DNA of 64,000 bases from Cyanidioschyzon merolae (Eukaryota): NCBI GenBank assembly GCA_000091205.1, contig AP006502.2, one strand, 5' to 3'. The notes under the pieces are model-generated. The model was given only the letters and a program-made list of their open reading frames with translations. It ran no database searches and was not told the origin of the DNA. Position numbers and translations under genes: made by a program. Numbering within the stretch: position 1 is the stretch's first letter; each line of letters begins with the position of its first letter. This document shows positions 21,223 through 31,529 of this stretch, piece after piece.

Positions 21223-23031
21223 GTGCTGAACCAGTACGCGTTAGAGATAACGTGTTTCATGCGGCCTTTCGGTTCCGTTCGTCTTTGGCGAGGAGCTGCT
21301 GCGTTCCCGCTAGCCGCGTGGTTGCCAGCGTTCGCTACACGGCGGCTAGCTTCGTCACAGTCGCGAAACCTTGCCGAGCCTCCCAAACAACCCGTTAACG
21401 CTAACCAGGTCTTACAGAATGAATATGAACGTTTAATGGTACTGGCAGAGCAAGGAGGCGGACCCAGTGCCCGCAAGCGTCACCAGGCACGGGGCAAGCT
21501 ACTGGTGCGGGAGCGCCTCGCTGCGCTGCTCGACCCGGGCTCGCCGTTCCTCGAGCTGAGCGCTCTCGCTGGAGCTGGCGACTACGTGTATGCAGGTGCC
21601 CCGGATGACGACAGCGAGACGAAAATGCCGCCAGGAGCAGGACTCTTAACCGGTATAGGTCTCGTAGCCGAACGCTGGTGCATGATCATTGCGAACGACG
21701 CAACGGTTAAAGGCGGTACCTACTTTCCGCTGACGGTGAAGAAGCACCTTCGTGCACAAGAAATCGCTGCGGAAAATCGTTTGCCCTGTATCTATCTAGC
21801 AGACTCGGGTGGTGCCTATCTCCCGTTGCAGCATCGAGTTTTCCCCGATCGTGATCACTTTGGTCGAATCTTTTACAATCAAGCTCGAATGAGTCGGGAT
21901 GGCATCCTGCAGATCGCAGCAGTGCTCGGCAGCTGCACTGCTGGCGGTGCATACGTTCCAGCCATGTCCGATGAGGCGATCATGGTGCACGGCACGGGGA
22001 CGATTTTCCTGGGAGGACCTCCGCTCGTGAAGGCGGCTATCGGCGAGGACGTGTCCGCGGAGGAACTCGGTGGAGCGCTGGTACACACCCAGCAGAGCGG
22101 TGTCGCCGATCATCTCGTGGAGAACGACGCTGAGGCGCTGCTGCGAGTGCGAGCAGCGGTGAAGCGGCGAGCGCTGCCAGCGCGCCAGGCCTCTACCAGC
22201 CCCCTGATGGAGTCCTTTCCGGCACCGCGAGCGTCGATAGGGGATCTAGAGCGTACCCTCGTTGGGGAAAACCCTCGAGCTGACGAATCAAGCGCCCGTC
22301 TTATCGGTGGAGCTGGTGCTGGTGGTCTGGATATGTATCAACTGATCGCATGCCTGGTGGACGGCTCCGTCTTTGATGAATTCAAGGCGCAATACGGAAC
22401 AACGCTGGTAACTGGCTTTGCGAGCATCTATGGTCAACAGGTGGGCCTTGTCGGGAATCAGGGGGTGCTCGTGAGTGATGCGGCGAAGAAAGGGACGCAT
22501 TTCATCCAGTTATGCGAGCAGCAGGGTATCCCGCTTGTATTTCTACAAAACATCAGCGGTTTCATGGTTGGAAAGCAGGCCGAGTGGGGCGGTATCGCCA
22601 AGGACGGCGCCAAAATGGTCAATGCCGTAGCGTGTGTTCGCGTTCCGAAGATCACCGTCATTGTTGGTTCCAGCTACGGAGCCGGCAATTACGGTATGTG
22701 TGGGCGTGCGTATGGGCCTCGTTTCCTTTTCACTTGGCCCAGTGCCCGAATTGGAGTCATGGGCAGCGAGCAGGCCGCTAACGTTCTCCGTCAGGTGCAG
22801 GGGGGGCGTTCCGATCCGGCGGCGGAGGCAGGTATCAACGCCCTAACCAAGCGCTACGCGTTCGAGAACAGTGCCTGGTTTGCAACAGCGAACCTCTGGG
22901 ACGACGGTGTCGTTTTACCACGCGACACACGGCAGGTCCTGGGCATTGCACTGCGAGTCGTGGAGTCGGCATCTGAAACGGAAACCTCAGTAACTGCACA
23001 ACGGGGTCGCTACGGCGTCTTCCGCATGTAA
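21223..23031 (+). CDS. MCCC2: 3-methylcrotonyl-CoA carboxylase beta subunit (carboxyltransferase)
   Basis: 602-aa ORF, near-colinear with MCCC2 as recalled: '[22 protein letters not shown]', '[49 protein letters not shown]', '[18 protein letters not shown]', '[16 protein letters not shown]', '[22 protein letters not shown]'. The N-terminus '[17 protein letters not shown]...ATRRLASS' is Arg-rich, consistent with a mitochondrial presequence. Confidence 0.9.
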   Translation: MLNQYALEITCFMRPFGSVRLWRGAAAFPLAAWLPAFATRRLASSQSRNLAEPPKQPVNANQVLQNEYERLMVLAEQGGGPSARKRHQARGKLLVRERLAALLDPGSPFLELSALAGAGDYVYAGAPDDDSETKMPPGAGLLTGIGLVAERWCMIIANDATVKGGTYFPLTVKKHLRAQEIAAENRLPCIYLADSGGAYLPLQHRVFPDRDHFGRIFYNQARMSRDGILQIAAVLGSCTAGGAYVPAMSDEAIMVHGTGTIFLGGPPLVKAAIGEDVSAEELGGALVHTQQSGVADHLVENDAEALLRVRAAVKRRALPARQASTSPLMESFPAPRASIGDLERTLVGENPRADESSARLIGGAGAGGLDMYQLIACLVDGSVFDEFKAQYGTTLVTGFASIYGQQVGLVGNQGVLVSDAAKKGTHFIQLCEQQGIPLVFLQNISGFMVGKQAEWGGIAKDGAKMVNAVACVRVPKITVIVGSSYGAGNYGMCGRAYGPRFLFTWPSARIGVMGSEQAANVLRQVQGGRSDPAAEAGINALTKRYAFENSAWFATANLWDDGVVLPRDTRQVLGIALRVVESASETETSVTAQRGRYGVFRM

Positions 23032-23860
23032 ACCCTTGGCCTCGTAGTGGCACGAATCCTGTCCCCGGAGGCGCCTTGTCGCGTCGTGGGTCAGCGCCCA
23101 TCCGCTGCTCTCCATGGCATAGAATCGATGCTGAGAGCCGGATTATCGCCGAGTTCGCGAACGCTGCTGGTTATCGAGGCACCCATCGCAAGAGTCTTCC
23201 GGGAAGGCTACTGCATTCCACCGCCTCCAGTGCAGTGTTTTCGCATAGAAGCGAACTTGCATCGATCATCCCCGTGACCCTCTTACGCCAACGAGAAAGC
23301 GCACATGCATATGAATGCGGATGTGCCTACGGGGAGCATCGGCAACATCCAGCTAGCCGATACCTCTCTTCGAGTCATTTGCTTGATGATCGTCGACCAA
23401 GGAGCGGGGAAACCACCACCATGATGTGGTATGCGGGAGACGCTCACGCGAATCCAGTGCCCCGGAGAGCGTTTGCCAACTATTGCGGTGCACCAGCAGT
23501 GATTGCCACCCGGAAATAGCGCTTCGCTCTGTGACTTGCGTGCAGTGCGCGAACCTAAGCTCTTCGTTTCTGAATCATGAGCACTACTTTTCGCACCAGT
23601 CGTTACAGCGCGCTTGCAGACGACAGCACCGCATTCGAAGCATCACTTTACCGGGTTTTTCGTCGAAAGCATGCATCCAGCAGTTGTCGTATCTCGCGAG
23701 AAGATTCACCAGGGCGCCTCGCACATATCAGGGTACGATACCACGGCAGTTTTTCACGCTTTACATTCGCATATATTCGAGGTTTTATCTGGCCGGTGTC
23801 AAGTCTGGTTATCGCCGGTCCACTTGGGAGACGTCCAGCGCATTCGTGCTTGCGCTCTGC

Positions 23861-25762
23861 TCACTTGGTTGCATGCGATGCCTCGTAGAGTTCACGCCCG
23901 ATCAATATCCGGCGAATCTCGCTCGTCCCTGCCCCGATTTCATAGAGTTTCGCATCTCGCAACAGCCGACCCGTTGGGTAATCCGAGATGTACCCGTTTC
24001 CACCGAGCGCTTGGATAGCTTGCAATGCACACTGCGTTGCACGCTCCGCATTCTGGAGAATCACAGAAGCGCAGTCCTTGCGAAAGCGACGCAGCTGGGG
24101 ATTCAGGCCGCCGTGCTTGCTGCTCGCAGGAGGCGTAGGCTCGCCTATTTGCCTCGTGAGTTTGTCCACCGATGCCGCAACGCCAAAGGTATGCGCCCGA
24201 CTCGCTGCTAATGCCCCGTACATATCCGCAAGCTTTGCTTGCATCAATGGAAAGGTGCCAATGGGGCTACCGAATTGTTGACGTTCACGAACGTACGGCA
24301 AAACGACATCCAAACAGGCCTGCATAATACCGAGCGGTCCTGCGCTCAGCACCAACCGCTCTGCATCCAAACCGGCCATGAGAACAGTGGTGCCAAGGCC
24401 GGGCTCACCAAGGACCGCGTCATCCGGCACCCAGACGTCATCGAAGACGAGTTCGCAGGTATTACTCCCGCGCATACCCAACTTGTCTAGTTTCTGTGCA
24501 ACGCGATATCGCGGACCCAGCTGCGCCGTCTCCAGCACAAACGCCGTGAGTTTCGGCTTGCTCTGCTTGGGTAGCGACGAACTCGAAGCGCTCTCCACCG
24601 CCGCCAGTGTCGATGTCGATGCGGAGTGCGACTCCAGCTCCGGGGTTCGCGCATACACCACGACTACATCGGCATCGGGGCCGTTCGTAATCCACATTTT
24701 CGTTCCCCGAATACTCCATCCTGAACGCAACTCTCCGGCGGCAGTAGTACGCTTGCGCTGATAAGCGCTCGTTCGCATGGAGCCAAGGACATCAGAGCCA
24801 GCGCCTGTTTCGCTCATGGCTAGCGCACCGACCCAGACGCCGCTGCACAGAGGCGGCAAAAGTCGCTCCTTCTGAGCAGCGCTACCATGTCGCTCTATCT
24901 GCATCATACAGAGATTCGAATGCGCTCCATAGGAGAGCCCGATACTCGGTGATGCTCGACTTAGCTCTTCCATGACGAGACAATGCTCGACGAGGCCTAA
25001 ACCGAGTCCGCCATAGGCGTTTGCAGTCGCCACACCGAGCACACCAAGGTTGCCCAGTTCTGTCCAGAGTTGCTCACGTGGAAAGCGGTTTGCTTCGTCG
25101 ATAGCGGCAGCGTAGGGTGCAATGTACTCGTGCGCGAAAGCACGAACGGTGTTCCGTAGTCCCGAGCGATCCGAGTCCAGCACGGTGCCGAGGAGAACCT
25201 CGTCGGCATGCGTATGCCGCCCGTCGTAGTAAGTGGGTCCAGGGGCGGTCCACCAAGCGCTGGTGGACGGTGCGCTCGCCGAGTGTGCCGAAGCGGGTCC
25301 CGCTGACGCGACAGTGCTTTGCGGCGGTAGCGACGATGATGATGATGAGGATGATGATGAGGATGATACCTCGCGTCGAAAGCGCTTCCCTGGCGACAAG
25401 ACCCCCGTTCGTTCACGGTTCCGCTGCAGCCCAGACGGCAACGGCACCTCGAGTCGCGTCACTGAAGCAACTGCACCCACTTGTTCACGTTTTAGCGCAT
25501 GCTCCACCGTACAATACCCGTGCTGGCGAGAGAAAACGCGCAGCGGTGTCCGCGCGTCCGGGCACACCTCAGTGTAGCGTTCGCGAGACTCAAAGCGCCA
25601 CTCGCTCCCCGTCCTATGGTCTGCAATGCAGCCGCAGACACAGTCACCGGGATACCACTTGCGTGCGTGGTGGTAGCAGCACCGCCACCAGAGCCGCGAA
25701 AGCACGTCACTGTGCTTGGGGGCTTCACGAAAGCCAAACGCTCGGCCAAGCCAAAGCATCAC
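23861..25762 (-). CDS. IVD: Isovaleryl-CoA dehydrogenase (acyl-CoA dehydrogenase family) with a long N-terminal extension
   Basis: 633-aa ORF. From about residue 190 it is colinear with IVD: 'QLWTELGNLGVLGV', 'LVMEELSRASPSIGLSYGAHSNLC', 'GALAMSETGAGSDV', 'MWITNGPDADVVVVYA', 'LDKLGMRGSNTCELVFDD', 'RLLRDAKLYEIGAGTSEIRR'. Two low-complexity inserts are visible, including poly-Ser. The roughly 190-aa N-terminal extension contains a run 'SSSSSSSSSSSS'. Confidence 0.9.
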   Translation of the reverse strand: MMLWLGRAFGFREAPKHSDVLSRLWWRCCYHHARKWYPGDCVCGCIADHRTGSEWRFESRERYTEVCPDARTPLRVFSRQHGYCTVEHALKREQVGAVASVTRLEVPLPSGLQRNRERTGVLSPGKRFRREVSSSSSSSSSSSSLPPQSTVASAGPASAHSASAPSTSAWWTAPGPTYYDGRHTHADEVLLGTVLDSDRSGLRNTVRAFAHEYIAPYAAAIDEANRFPREQLWTELGNLGVLGVATANAYGGLGLGLVEHCLVMEELSRASPSIGLSYGAHSNLCMMQIERHGSAAQKERLLPPLCSGVWVGALAMSETGAGSDVLGSMRTSAYQRKRTTAAGELRSGWSIRGTKMWITNGPDADVVVVYARTPELESHSASTSTLAAVESASSSSLPKQSKPKLTAFVLETAQLGPRYRVAQKLDKLGMRGSNTCELVFDDVWVPDDAVLGEPGLGTTVLMAGLDAERLVLSAGPLGIMQACLDVVLPYVRERQQFGSPIGTFPLMQAKLADMYGALAASRAHTFGVAASVDKLTRQIGEPTPPASSKHGGLNPQLRRFRKDCASVILQNAERATQCALQAIQALGGNGYISDYPTGRLLRDAKLYEIGAGTSEIRRILIGRELYEASHATK

Positions 25763-26166
25763 AAAGCCAAAAGCCTTTCCACGTCACAAGCCCGCAAACC
25801 TGTACACACGAAACACCTGTTCAGTCACACACTGGGAGTCAACGACGCTTCCAGGGCACTGCACACGAACACACACCCTAGACGAGCAGGCGGGTACGGG
25901 TGCTTGCGGTTGTCCAGGGCGTCGCTGGGCGCTGAACGTGCCAGCGCAGGCAAGGCCGTTTCTGCCAGGCCAGATACAGGAAATCGCGGCATCGATCTCC
26001 CGCGTATGCCCCGTCGAATCGACAGGCAGGAGAAAGCACGCCTTGTTCGACAAGCGAGGTCCCTTAGGCGTGTACCGACACGCGCACACTGGATACGTAC
26101 TCGTAAAGGCCTTGGAGTGGTCGTGTTTGAAAGCTCCTGGAGCGGGGAACCACAAGTCGGCGTGGT
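25763..26166. promoter_or_regulatory. Roughly 400-bp divergent intergenic region between IVD (minus) and MCCA (plus); putative shared bidirectional promoter
   Basis: The start codons of the two ORFs face away from each other across 404 bp. The promoter call is an inference from gene arrangement only. Confidence 0.3.
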
Positions 26167-28920
26167 ATGAACTCGGCAGCAATAGCACTTGACGCTGTTT
26201 TTATAGCGAACCGAGGCGATGCCGCACTCCGAGTCATTCGTACGGCGAAACGACTTGGACTCGTGACAGCGGTAGCTTGCACTCGCGCTGAACTCGTGCG
26301 ACCCACAGCAGCGGTCGACGCTGCCGACTACGCTGTGGAACTCGACGGGGCACTGCCCGCCGCTGGTCCAGCCACAGCGCCCTACGTCGACGTGGAACGC
26401 GTCGTACTGGCAGCGGAACGCTTCCGAGAGCGACTCCTGGAACGTAAACCTGATGCTCGCAAGTCGGTATCCGCTCTGCAGGTGGCGGTGCATCCAGGCT
26501 GGGGGTTTCTTTCGGAGCGCTCCGACTTTGCGAACGCTGTGCTGGAGCGCGGCTTCCGGTGGTGCGGGCCGTCGGCACACGCCATGCAGGCCATGGGCGA
26601 GAAGGTGTCTGCGCGGGAGACCATGTCCAAGGCGGCGGTACCTGTGGTGCCCGGCCTGCGTCTCGCTCAGGTAGCGTCGCAGTCAACGGAGGTGCAACGC
26701 CTCGGAGAGATGCTCGTAAGCCAGGTCGGCTTTCCGCTCATCCTCAAACCTGTTTACGGCGGCGGTGGCAAAGGCATGCGCGTTGTACGACATCCCAGCG
26801 AGCTGCCGCGTGCGCTGCAGGCCGCTCGCCGCGAAGCACGTATCGCATGTGGCGATGATACGCTCCTGGCGGAGCGATACCTCGAATCTGTTCGCCACAT
26901 TGAATTTCAGATATTCGGAGGCTATCGGGATGGAGCCTACGAAGCCGTGCATCTTTACGAACGCGACTGCTCTGTGCAGCGACGTCATCAGAAGATCGTG
27001 GAGGAGTCACCGGCCCCTGGTCTGCCGGTCGCTACCCGCGAAAAAATGGCCCAGTGTGCGGTGCGAGCCGCCCGGGCCGTCGCCTACGAGGGCGCTGGCA
27101 CCGTCGAGTTCCTCTATGATCCCGTCCGGGAGGATTTCTTCTTCATGGAGATGAATACGCGCCTGCAGGTAGAGCATCCGGTCACCGAGATGATCGTGCG
27201 CACCAGGCCCCTGAACGTCGGCACGCTCCAGAACAGCAGAAGGACGCTGGACGGGAGCCCCGGAGACCGGTCGGAGGCCGCCCCAGTGGACCTTGTCGAG
27301 TGGCAGTTTCGCGTTGCTGCTGGCGAGCCGCTCCCAGTTGCCAGTCAGGATGCGCTCTCGATTCGTGAACCAGCACATGCGATGGAGTTGCGTGTGTACG
27401 CTGAAACACCCGATGAACAGGGCAACTGGCTGCCCCAGCAAGGCCGTCTGGAGCGGTTCGCGATCGACGGTCTCGATATCGAACAGCACATGCCAACGGA
27501 TACGCTTCGTGTTGATGCAGGTATCCGCACCGGGGACGAAGTCTCTATCGAGTTCGATCCGATGATTGCGAAAATCATTGTGTGTGAACCGGAACGCCCC
27601 CAGAGCATTTCAGCGTTGCAACGGCTGCTCGAATCGAGTCAAATATGGGGTGTTTCGACGAATGTTCCTTTTTTGCAGGCTTTACTCGCCGACGAAGAGT
27701 TCCTGCATGGAGTAGGTGGACGTGGTCACGGTGTTCCGGTTACCTGGTTGGAGCACCGCTTGCCGTTGCTGCTATCGCGTACCGTCTCCGCGGGTGCAGT
27801 GCGGTCGGAAACCGCACCGCCGGGGACGCGATCGGTGTTGGAAACATCCAGCACGCTGCAAGGCGCCTCTTTGGAGACATATGCATCTGCACGAGAGACG
27901 CAGAAGCGTCCCGATGAACAGGGATGTCCTCTGGACCTCGAGAGTCGTGGCGACGGGAGCGATGTCGCCCGACTTGCCTCGTCTGCAGTGCCGGTGTGGA
28001 GAGCGCTGGCGGCAACCGCCTGGGCTGCTACCGAGCCCTACTGGCTGCTGAGTCGACCTTTCGGCGGCTTTCGTAATGATGGACGCGGCAATCGATTCGA
28101 ATGGTACCTGGAGTACCCGGTGCTGCAGCAGATGCAGCAGCGAGCACCATTGCAGCGACCTACAAACGAGTCGATGCTTCCGTCGTTCTACCGAGCGCTG
28201 CTTCGACTGGGGCGTGCACCCGCTACCGTTTGTTTCTTTCCGAGCGCTGCGGATGCTGCGCCCCGAACCGGCCTGGAAAATCACCCCGAGCGCGATGATC
28301 TTCTCGACTGGGTAGTGGAAATACAACAGGTCTGGCCGGCTGCCTCAGAGTCAGCTGTTGTGCCTTTGACGCTCTATCCGGATGAACGACTCGCGATCGA
28401 CGGTGTGGTCGCTCCGGTTGACGCGTATTGTGTGGAGGCGCCTTTGGAAGCGACCGATCATGAAGAGCTAGCCCCGCAGTGGTGCTTTCGCCTCGCGGAC
28501 GGGACAATTGTTCGCGTCCATACACCGCTCTCTTTCGCGCTGTGGCGTCTCGGGAGGCGGGAACTTACCAGCACCAGCACCAGCACCAGCGCCAGCACCA
28601 GAGTAGCACAAGCGGAGACCGGGTTGCATCGCCGTCCGGCAGGCAAAGCCGCTGTCGAGTCGCTCCCGGGTCAGGTGCTGAGTCCCATGCCCGGTCGACT
28701 CCTGGAACTCCTCGTGCAGAAGGGCCAAATGGTGCATCACGGGGAGCCACTCGCTATTCTCGAAGCCATGAAAATGGAGCATACGGTTCGAGCACCCATG
28801 GATGGCGTCGTGACTCGTGTCACAGAGCTTCCGTGTGGTGCTTATATGCCCGCTGGTACGTTTCTCTGCATGCTGCGGGATCTGCGGAAGGAGCCTTCTG
28901 AACAAGCAGACAAGGTTTGA
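26167..28920 (+). CDS. MCCC1: 3-methylcrotonyl-CoA carboxylase alpha subunit (biotin carboxylase plus biotin-carboxyl-carrier domain)
   Basis: 917-aa ORF. Biotin-carboxylase hallmarks: 'IANRGDAALRVIRTAKRLG', 'LILKPVYGGGGKGMRVV', 'HLYERDCSVQRRHQKIVEESPAPG', 'EMNTRLQVEHPVTEM', 'DPMIAKIIV'. A C-terminal biotinyl-lysine motif 'ILEAMKMEHTV' is present. Inserts relative to MCCC1 include 'RTRPLNVGTLQNSRRTLDGSPGDRSEAAP' and a 'TSTSTSASTR' tract. Confidence 0.9.
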   Translation: MNSAAIALDAVFIANRGDAALRVIRTAKRLGLVTAVACTRAELVRPTAAVDAADYAVELDGALPAAGPATAPYVDVERVVLAAERFRERLLERKPDARKSVSALQVAVHPGWGFLSERSDFANAVLERGFRWCGPSAHAMQAMGEKVSARETMSKAAVPVVPGLRLAQVASQSTEVQRLGEMLVSQVGFPLILKPVYGGGGKGMRVVRHPSELPRALQAARREARIACGDDTLLAERYLESVRHIEFQIFGGYRDGAYEAVHLYERDCSVQRRHQKIVEESPAPGLPVATREKMAQCAVRAARAVAYEGAGTVEFLYDPVREDFFFMEMNTRLQVEHPVTEMIVRTRPLNVGTLQNSRRTLDGSPGDRSEAAPVDLVEWQFRVAAGEPLPVASQDALSIREPAHAMELRVYAETPDEQGNWLPQQGRLERFAIDGLDIEQHMPTDTLRVDAGIRTGDEVSIEFDPMIAKIIVCEPERPQSISALQRLLESSQIWGVSTNVPFLQALLADEEFLHGVGGRGHGVPVTWLEHRLPLLLSRTVSAGAVRSETAPPGTRSVLETSSTLQGASLETYASARETQKRPDEQGCPLDLESRGDGSDVARLASSAVPVWRALAATAWAATEPYWLLSRPFGGFRNDGRGNRFEWYLEYPVLQQMQQRAPLQRPTNESMLPSFYRALLRLGRAPATVCFFPSAADAAPRTGLENHPERDDLLDWVVEIQQVWPAASESAVVPLTLYPDERLAIDGVVAPVDAYCVEAPLEATDHEELAPQWCFRLADGTIVRVHTPLSFALWRLGRRELTSTSTSTSASTRVAQAETGLHRRPAGKAAVESLPGQVLSPMPGRLLELLVQKGQMVHHGEPLAILEAMKMEHTVRAPMDGVVTRVTELPCGAYMPAGTFLCMLRDLRKEPSEQADKV

Positions 28921-29089
28921 ATCATCTCTTGCGGAGCACTGGACCTATTTTGGTAGCGATAGCGCGACGTGAACTTGTGCTTTGGCTGCTTGCTGCAGCT
29001 GCATTCGTTACGGGCTGTGCACAGCGGCAGATGCCTTCGAGAAACGTATGGCGCACGGTAATGAAACCTGAGCGCACTGCAACATACCC

Positions 29090-29975
29090 GGAGCTGCTTG
29101 TAGAGCGTACAGCCACTGCAGCAGCTGGTTGATCCGGAGAAAACAGTTTCCAGTTGCATTGCGGATTGCAGGGCGCTGCATCCATCGCAGGGAAGAGTGA
29201 AATGGGGTTCCCTCGGCTGACTCGGGGACACACGTATTCGTAAGGTTAGGGTCTTTTTCACTAGCCATTAGACTGAGCCTACACGCGCTTTTTCTTCAGT
29301 GACTGCTCCCTTTTCCTCTCTGTTTTGAATCAGGATTTACGCGTGCCGGTCTCCGATGTCCATCAAGGTCCGTTGTCAGCCGTAGAACGGTATTCACGGG
29401 AGTGTTCGGGTCCCGGTAGCGCCGCTTTCGGCTGTTGTCGACGCATTTCACTCACAGGAGGTAGTTGCCATCTAGGCTACGCTTGCCATGTTCACCTTTT
29501 TTATGGACAGCCTCGGGGCGCGCTTCGCACCCGTGACACTTGTGCATGCTCGGGTTGGCGCTTACGTTCATAAGACCCCTCGCTTCCAAGGGCCGTTCCG
29601 TGAAGTGCGAGCGCTTCCCTCGCCACGCTTTCATGGTCCTTGACGAGTGCAGAACATTCCGCTCCATACTCTGTATTGTTCCCGCGCCTGATGCCGTACC
29701 CTACCGTCACGGGCTTCTTCTTGGCGTTGTCGTCTGCATGGGGGCTCTCCGCTGGATTGCCCGCACACGCTGTACAGTTCGATAGAAGATCTGTTGAACG
29801 CGAGCGTGTTCATCATAGAACGAGTATCCCAAGGAACATCCAGACAGGAGCCCAAGTCGATAAATTCCAAATTGTCTACACTTCTTTCATGCAAAGCGAT
29901 GATGAACGCTCGACTCGAGGTTATCGCTGCGATGACTACATTCCGATTCAACGATCCCTTTCCATGCAGATACAA
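29090..29975 (-). pseudogene. Decayed TnpB/Fanzor-like remnant (copy R29), internally deleted
   Basis: Minus-strand ORF 29631-29975 translates to 'SLNRNVVIAAITSSRAFIIALHERSVDN...SSIELYSVCG'. This aligns with copy A's N-terminal region 'SLNKHLTVNLERFMIRAVFALYPGIS...EIELVHEKTSC'. At nucleotide level it is about 70 percent identical, in inverted orientation, to 49400-49580 (copy D). ORF 29008-29268 (minus) holds a possible degenerate 'IRNATGNCF' relic of the NATINIF motif. It lies in an AT-richer island between MCCA and AUH. Confidence 0.35.
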
Positions 29976-30485
29976 CAGAATAGACGAAAGCTTTAGCGAG
30001 CATGTCCCGTGCCGCGATCCACCATGTCGTCAAAGATCGTTTCTTCGATGACCATAAAGAGAAGAGTAAGAGTGTCCCACACGTAATATATTATTTGACG
30101 TGAAACGTTTCTTATGGTCTCTGCTTCAGCTTGTGAACGAGTCGACAACGGACCAGGTCGACTTACTTTTCCGATCCAAGCTCCGGGCGCGTAACGCTTC
30201 GCCCCGCGAGTCGCCTTGAAACAGAAAGACAAAAAACCTGACGCATGCGTGATATGGGTATGCTGTAGGCGAGTACGGAAGGCGGGAGCCTAGAGGCTCG
30301 AACGTTTGAATTTGAAAACGATGCTGGTTATTTCACCAGCCATTGGTCGAGGGCACCGCGACTCACGTTGATTCTGTTACTTGATGAATCCCAGCAGCAA
30401 AGAGTCTACGGAGCCAGCCCCGAAAACATGACCAAGTATCCTGAAATGACGTTTGAGTCCGTAATCTCCTGATGCTGCACTTGGA

Positions 30486-31529
30486 ATGTCGAGCTTGTCA
30501 TTCTGTAAACAAAAGTTTCGAAGAAAAATCTCAGGATTCGACCAAAACGCGTATCTCGTAATTCCGTGGCAATCTGCCACGTCAAGAAGGTGCCTCGTTT
30601 CACTGGACTCCGCAGGAAGCGGTTGCTTTCAACCGCGCCCTAGCAACGGGATGCGACCTCTCACTCGTTTGGCTCGGTTTTGGCACAGAGGCTTCTGCGA
30701 GAAACGAACCTCACTGGTGCTTTGGAATGAACCCATAGAGCGTACCGTTGTCTTGACCCTGAACCGGCCGGAACGAGCAAACGCGCTTAGCGCCGAACTT
30801 GTCGAAGAGCTCAGAACGCACCTGCACCGCGTGCTCGAGCTGGCCTCTGCTCGTCCGGTGCGGTGTGTGATGCTTATTCTGGCATCAGCGCATGAACGCA
30901 TATTCTCTGCTGGTGCGGACTTGAAGCAACGAGCAGCCCAGAGCCCTGACCAGCAGCGCGACTTTACGCGAAGACTGCGCGAAACGCTGCAAAGCCTCGC
31001 AAAGTTGCCGTGCTTCACTGCTGCAGCGCTCCGTGGTGGTGCCTACGGAGGTGGACTCGAACTTGCCCTCGCGTGCGACTTTCGAATCGTTCAGGAGGGC
31101 GCGATCCTGGCACTTCCAGAAACTGGACTAGGAATTTTACCGGGAGCGGGCGGCACCCAACGACTTCCGCGACTCATAGGCGTTTCTCGGGCGAAGGAAG
31201 TCATCCTTCTGGGCCGTCGACTTGACGCCCGACAGGCACACCACTACGGACTCGTTAATGTGGTCGTTCCAGATGCCGATGCGGGAACAGCGGCAACGGA
31301 CAACACCCTGGAGGAAGCGCTGCAACTGGCTGCTTCTCTGCGGGAGCGCAGTCCGATGGCGCTCCAGTTGGCGAAACGAGCGATCGATGAGGGTATAGAT
31401 GCGAGTTCACTCGCCCGCGGTCTAGCGATCGAGGACAGCTGTTATGCGGAGACGTTTGGAACCAAGGATCGAGCAGAGGGTCTGCAAGCGTTTGTTGAAA
31501 AACGATCTCCGCGGTTTACCGGTGAATAA
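30486..31529 (+). CDS. AUH: Methylglutaconyl-CoA hydratase (enoyl-CoA hydratase/crotonase family, AUH-like)
   Basis: 347-aa ORF. The crotonase fold is colinear with AUH: 'IFSAGADLKQRA', 'AAALRGGAYGGGLELALACDFRI', 'ETGLGILPGAGGTQRLPRLIG', and C-terminal 'KDRAEGLQAFVEKRSPRFTGE' (AUH ends ...[21 protein letters not shown]). An N-terminal extension of about 80 aa is present. Confidence 0.85.
   Translation: MSSLSFCKQKFRRKISGFDQNAYLVIPWQSATSRRCLVSLDSAGSGCFQPRPSNGMRPLTRLARFWHRGFCEKRTSLVLWNEPIERTVVLTLNRPERANALSAELVEELRTHLHRVLELASARPVRCVMLILASAHERIFSAGADLKQRAAQSPDQQRDFTRRLRETLQSLAKLPCFTAAALRGGAYGGGLELALACDFRIVQEGAILALPETGLGILPGAGGTQRLPRLIGVSRAKEVILLGRRLDARQAHHYGLVNVVVPDADAGTAATDNTLEEALQLAASLRERSPMALQLAKRAIDEGIDASSLARGLAIEDSCYAETFGTKDRAEGLQAFVEKRSPRFTGE

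Noticed and set aside
23426-24211. 261-aa ORF on the plus strand
   Set aside because: It lies entirely antisense to the well-supported IVD gene and its translation is Arg/Ser-rich junk; it is a typical GC-rich shadow ORF. The same reasoning rejects 12543-13031, 2814-3476, 47628-48176, 47869-48477 and 9583-10302.
21223-31529. Bacterial liu-type operon / contaminating prokaryotic contig
   Set aside because: The genes are on alternating strands with 0.4-1.5 kb spacers. They carry Arg-rich presequences and eukaryote-style low-complexity inserts. They are flanked by E2F, SAP-domain, OTU and L1-domain genes.
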